Of a stretch of 64,000 bases of DNA, positions 62,401 through 64,000 are shown in pieces. Below the pieces are notes generated by a model, which worked only from the letters and a program-made list of their open reading frames with translations, searched no databases and was not told the DNA's origin. This DNA comes from Pecten maximus (taxonomy: Eukaryota). Within the stretch, counting starts at the first letter, position 1, and every line of letters starts with the position of its first letter. The position numbers and the translations under genes were made by a program. The stretch is from NCBI RefSeq assembly GCF_902652985.1, contig NC_047018.1:25916001-25980000 (forward strand). The letters are read 5' to 3'.

Positions 62401-64000
62401 GTATATACCGTATTTGACCTAATAAGTGTGCCTGCCCTAATAAGGGCGCCCCTACCTTTTTTCAAGGAAATAAATCTTTGACTGAGTGTCAAAATGGTGT
62501 TCAAAAGTAATAATTCATTTGAAATGTTTTGCTACTTTATGTGTTCAATTTTCTTCAGCAAATTCAGTAACTGGAACACAAGTTTTCGCCACATTTTGTC
62601 TATTCCTACAGATGGCATGTCAGTGCAAAGAGCACCCGAAACTAAACACACATACAAATTATAACTTACCATCTTTATTTGAAGATAAAGTAAAAGACTT
62701 CATTCTTGTTGATAAATAACTTTTGTTCAGAATAGAAAGCTAGTAAAATACATTGTAAATCAATTATTAGGTCAAAGAAAATGATGTCTGATATGATTTG
62801 GGAAATCACCTGTGTCTATAAATAGAACACAAAAGAGTTCCATTTGAACATAAATGGTGGAACACACGTTCTCTGGTCTAAAGAGGCATGGTTTACAAGT
62901 TTACAGGAATATTCAAGTGATGTTCAAGCTTAATATATGATAATGAATTGATATCTTCATGTGGAATATTTTTATTTTATTTTACCGTTTCCACAGCCTT
63001 GGGTATTCTGCTACAAGGTATAGTCTGTTTCATAAAACTTCAGAATAACTAATCTTAATAAGGGCACCCCCACTGTCAATTACCTGCACCCTTATTAGGT
63101 CAAATACGGTATTACTTGAATGCTGTCCCACTGAAGCAGACCTGTTTAGTCCTAATAAATAGTGTTAAGACTGTAAATATAGATTTAATTGTATGTTGTG
63201 AAGACTTCATTTTGGATTTAGTTATCACAGATGTCTGAACATGTTCTGACTTATTCTTAATATGTAATTAACAAAGTATTTATACAGAGTGTTGTAATGA
63301 TATTATGCCTTTATCAATGTGTTGTTTTGTGTGTGTTTTAATGATAACATGTTTCCCTATCCAGTACTACTGAATTTCACTTACCTGAACATATTTACAG
63401 ATGTCCTCATATCAGTTGTAATCATGATCATTATACAATTCATTTCATCCGTAATCTACCTTAACAAAATGAACATGTCTAAACTGCTCACTAGGTACTC
63501 GATACAGAGTAACTTTATCTCAAGGATATACATGTACAGCACAGTGGAACTGTTTTTGCCATAGTTGTACCTTTTGGATTCAGATGATTTTTTACAACTG
63601 TATATATATTCTGTGAATAAATTTTCTGTCTAAATCTATGAACAACTCTTCTTAATTGCATGTTCTTTGATCTCACACCTGAACTATAAGTAAAAAGAAA
63701 GATGTATTTTTTCAATCTGAATTGATCATGATGTTATTCAGTGTTAAAGTCATGTATTATATTTCAAAGAAAAATTGAAATCATGGGTTAGTAAGCATTT
63801 TACAGAAAAGGCAGAAAAGAAGACTTACACTTGAAATTGATTTCTTTAGAAAAAAAGAAATTATAGTGTAGTTCTAATTATAGCATTTAAGGAATTGTAT
63901 ACCTGGAAAGTAAGATTATAGTGAGTACTAATTTGTTTGGCTACAGCCTGACCCCTACCCCCGGGAACAGGCCCGCCCAGAGCTGCTTTCCTCCCTACCC
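29365..64000 (+). CDS. CSPP1: Centrosome and spindle pole-associated protein 1-like, spliced, 3' end beyond window (about 1150 codons if all exons are used)
   Basis: N-terminus MAAAVQQRQGDDIDRFIKDQRQKL resembles, from memory, vertebrate CSPP-L DNLDEFIEEQKARL. Repeated GxSLPI...EERxxEYN modules resemble CSPP1 GVSLPIGERLSAKERLKLERNKEYNQFL. 23 GT-AG exons, all phase 0, with no in-frame stops. Confidence 0.8.
30824..30898 (+). CDS. CSPP1: CSPP1-like exon DEYGETERGRRRQWDRSGNNQYAEQ
   Basis: tgttag/gtacta, 75 nt. Confidence 0.8.
31250..31393 (+). CDS. CSPP1: CSPP1-like module exon IDNKEDENENAFSKRYPTPELSLRLGQYEKVRLRLNAERQREYNELLQ
   Basis: tatcag/gtatct, 144 nt. Confidence 0.87.
31773..31799 (+). 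CDS. CSPP1: CSPP1-like 27-nt microexon KKGTNVGKK
   Basis: Strong acceptor cttacttttttcttcag, donor AAG|gtacag. Confidence 0.65.
32045..32207. mobile_element. Small MITE (163 bp)
   Basis: TIRs CAGGGCATCCAGTTGAC / GTCTACTTGATGCCCTG (15/17), flanked by TAATA on both sides. Confidence 0.6.
34155..34253 (+). CDS. CSPP1: CSPP1-like exon NLQQSPRDLYDYDVVKREMMETKRQEYLDYLQK
   Basis: tgctag/gtacac, 99 nt. Confidence 0.82.
34590..35100. repeat. 22-bp minisatellite (GTCCAATATAATGGGGTACCCT) interrupted by a SINE
   Basis: Direct reading. Confidence 0.93.
34921..35054 (+). mobile_element. 5'-truncated V-domain-type SINE
   Basis: Core ttttctccgggtactccagctttcctccacc, tail ctggctgttaacaggacgttaaac followed by (CAAAC)n. 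Confidence 0.7.
36315..36488 (+). CDS. CSPP1: CSPP1-like exon GQPGAPSSRL...VNFGEWEKGFQDDKRKDYNNYLKTKQ
   Basis: ctaaag/gtaaag, 174 nt. Confidence 0.8.
36868..37342. repeat. 79-bp tandem repeat, about 6 units
   Basis: gtcttaattcc recurs at 36945, 37024, 37103, 37186, 37265. Confidence 0.95.
38000..41820. repeat. 45-bp minisatellite (GGATTCCTTGAGTGTTATCCTGGTTTGAGGTTTCTGGGTGGGTAT), about 85 units
   Basis: Direct reading; contains an 855-bp higher-order duplication. Confidence 0.98.
41997..42125 (+). CDS. CSPP1: CSPP1-like exon NQGRVLKKEPTPPLEGMKFGEYEEYKREQEPDRKRQYKEDLEK
   Basis: ctgtag/gtacaa, 129 nt, wedged between two large minisatellites. Confidence 0.85.
42122..44144. repeat. 27-bp minisatellite (GAAGGTACAATATGTCATGGTTGTTTA), about 75 units, starting at a splice donor
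   Basis: Direct reading. Confidence 0.98.
44413..44613 (+). CDS. CSPP1: CSPP1-like exon QKREQALIKLRRDFPNK...RDVRPQNTQ
   Basis: ttacag/gtatct, 201 nt. Confidence 0.82.
44912..45031 (+). CDS. CSPP1: CSPP1-like exon PRRRSPSPEFSDPGMQLQADRIRARIRDLPTRPEEVEELQ
   Basis: ttccag/gtataa, 120 nt. Confidence 0.82.
45302..45740. repeat. 29-bp minisatellite (GTTGGCTGGTTACTGACCATTGGTTCTCA), about 15 units
   Basis: Direct reading. Confidence 0.95.
46917..47090 (+). CDS. CSPP1: CSPP1-like exon RRQQQQDALQRDLEDISPRNSYEERRPP...DYRQPPQ
   Basis: aaatag/gtgaga, 174 nt. Confidence 0.85.
47749..48501 (+). CDS. CSPP1: CSPP1-like large E/R/K/Q-rich helical exon (251 codons)
   Basis: atttag/gtacac, 753 nt; corresponds to ORF 47842-48558. 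Confidence 0.87.
48508..48641. repeat. 49-bp tandem repeat, nearly 3 units, 6 nt after a donor
   Basis: aggactgccactaac at 48508, 48557, 48606. Confidence 0.93.
48909..49566. repeat. 51-bp minisatellite, about 13 near-identical units
   Basis: ATGTGTACACTAACACTGTGATGACAGGTTTGGTTCTGAGTCAGGACTATT. Confidence 0.97.
50393..52224 (+). mobile_element. Helentron/HINE (pearl/DINE-1-like) non-autonomous element with 155-bp satellite array, copy 1 (9 full units plus a partial)
   Basis: T-run, 5' hairpin AGCCCACCATC-ATCA-GATGGTGGGCT, (CCGT)n microsatellite, 155-bp period (GGGATC at 50565, 50720, 50875...), 3' subTIR TGGTGGGC and hairpin AGATCCC-TCT-GGGATCT. Confidence 0.88.
52682..52810 (+). CDS. CSPP1: CSPP1-like module exon TTVEPPGDKVVGEGVSLPISSHKQRQKKLMEERNQEYNAILAQ
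   Basis: aaaaag/gtatac, 129 nt; the acceptor position is less certain. Confidence 0.82.
53059..55204 (+). mobile_element. Same Helentron/HINE family, copy 2 (11 full units plus a partial)
   Basis: Same termini and architecture, same orientation as copy 1. Confidence 0.88.
55577..55708 (+). CDS. CSPP1: CSPP1-like module exon DNKKSRTNPQYSGEGFSLRISSHKQRKKQLQEERNIEYNEMITQ
   Basis: catcag/gtatct, 132 nt. Confidence 0.8.
55841..55950 (+). pseudogene. Decayed copy of the module exon (MTGMRLNNSD*SHKQKRRQMMKDRKIAK)
   Basis: Aligns by eye to the neighbouring exon (TCAGAC...GTCATAAACA...CAAAT); in-frame TAA at 55896-98, frameshift relative to the acceptor, no donor. Confidence 0.6.
56150..56290 (+). 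CDS. CSPP1: CSPP1-like module exon DTKSQAGRKIAMSGEGLSLHISDSGHKQRKKQIEEERKKEYNEMVAK
   Basis: atatag/gtacaa, 141 nt. Confidence 0.8.
56526..56669 (+). CDS. CSPP1: CSPP1-like module exon DTRQASKKAMIVSGEGASLRISDSGHKLRKKQLEEERKKEYNEMVAQQ
   Basis: gaatag/gtacaa, 144 nt. Confidence 0.8.
56947..57087 (+). CDS. CSPP1: CSPP1-like module exon DTRQTSKEAMIVSGEGASLRISDSGHKLRKKQMEEERKKEYNEMVAK
   Basis: aaatag/gtacaa, 141 nt. Confidence 0.8.
57301..57438 (+). CDS. CSPP1: CSPP1-like module exon (LNVQ)SKKKDGDDLVGNAISLQLSGHEGQRQQLKEAVKKEYNDMLVQ
   Basis: Two in-frame acceptors (57300 or 57312), donor gtactt. Confidence 0.78.
58153..58293 (+). CDS. CSPP1: CSPP1-like module exon QGIKVLDKDNKSALQGEAISLPLSAHEEKRHQMIKDRQKEYNNMLAK
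   Basis: ttttag/gtacta, 141 nt. Confidence 0.83.
58290..58770. repeat. 39-bp minisatellite (AAAGGTACTACAGTACTGTCATTATGTCGGTGGTGATCC), about 12 units, starting at a splice donor
   Basis: Direct reading. Confidence 0.96.
58832..59974 (-). mobile_element. Non-autonomous Tc1/mariner-pogo type DNA transposon, copy 2 (inverted relative to 17600-18763)
   Basis: TA|CAGTGGACCCGCGATAATCCG ... CGGATTATCGAGGGTCCACTG|TA. Confidence 0.9.
60347..60472 (+). CDS. CSPP1: CSPP1-like degenerate module exon KESQSQPKQRSIVDGEDKSLPLSYNQHKQLPQARKPENIDTK
   Basis: tcctag/gtacaa, 126 nt, open frame. Confidence 0.72.
60797..60928 (+). CDS. CSPP1: CSPP1-like module exon KASDKSGRNPLEGEAISLPISGHEKERRRLMEERRREYNEMIGQ
   Basis: ttgaag/gtatct, 132 nt. 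Confidence 0.83.
61304..61426 (+). CDS. CSPP1: CSPP1-like exon HKSKKPNQKGTKSTWVPEERESHDPSNNDIRSDLKHQDFTQ
   Basis: ttgtag/gtactg, 123 nt. Confidence 0.78.
61436..61560. repeat. 31-bp tandem repeat, about 4 units, 9 nt after a donor
   Basis: CTTGTCATTATGGTCTCAAATATCAATTCCT. Confidence 0.9.
61745..61822 (+). CDS. CSPP1: CSPP1-like exon QYDSDLEGRETTDFERKQQELNRLLK
   Basis: ctgtag/gtatac, 78 nt. Confidence 0.78.
62408..63109. mobile_element. TA-flanked MITE (pogo/Tigger-like CCGTA termini)
   Basis: TA|CCGTATTTGACCTAATAAG ... CTTATTAGGTCAAATACGG|TA, perfect 19-bp TIR; internal TAATAAGGGC repeats. Confidence 0.85.
63947..64000 (+). CDS. CSPP1: CSPP1-like exon, truncated by window: PDPYPREQARPELLSSLP
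   Basis: ctacag acceptor, abrupt GC rise, ends in SLP (possibly another module). Confidence 0.7.

Overview
Eukaryotic, AT-rich, intron-rich animal DNA. The repeat families (Helentron-type elements with a 155-bp satellite, V/Meta-type SINE remnants) suggest a bivalve mollusc; this is inference. Two spliced genes lie head to head. (1) On the minus strand is a complete syntaxin-7/12-type Qa-SNARE (ATG 23924; nine shared coding exons, 250 codons) ending in two duplicated alternative transmembrane exons (16456-16557 and 15258-15356). (2) On the plus strand is a CSPP1-like centrosome/cilium gene (ATG 29365, running off the window). Its 23 reconstructed coding exons are all joined by phase-0 introns, and the CSPP1 N-terminal 'G-x-SLPI...EERxxEYN' module has been amplified by one-module-per-exon duplication, including a recent triplication and a dead copy. 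The introns are packed with minisatellites, several starting exactly at a splice donor and recopying it in each unit, plus TA-flanked MITEs and two satellite-bearing Helentron-like elements bracketing one module exon. Apart from the large 47.7-48.5 kb exon, the long ORFs in the supplied track are tandem-repeat artefacts. Exon boundaries were read by hand from GT/AG sites and frame continuity, not from transcript data.
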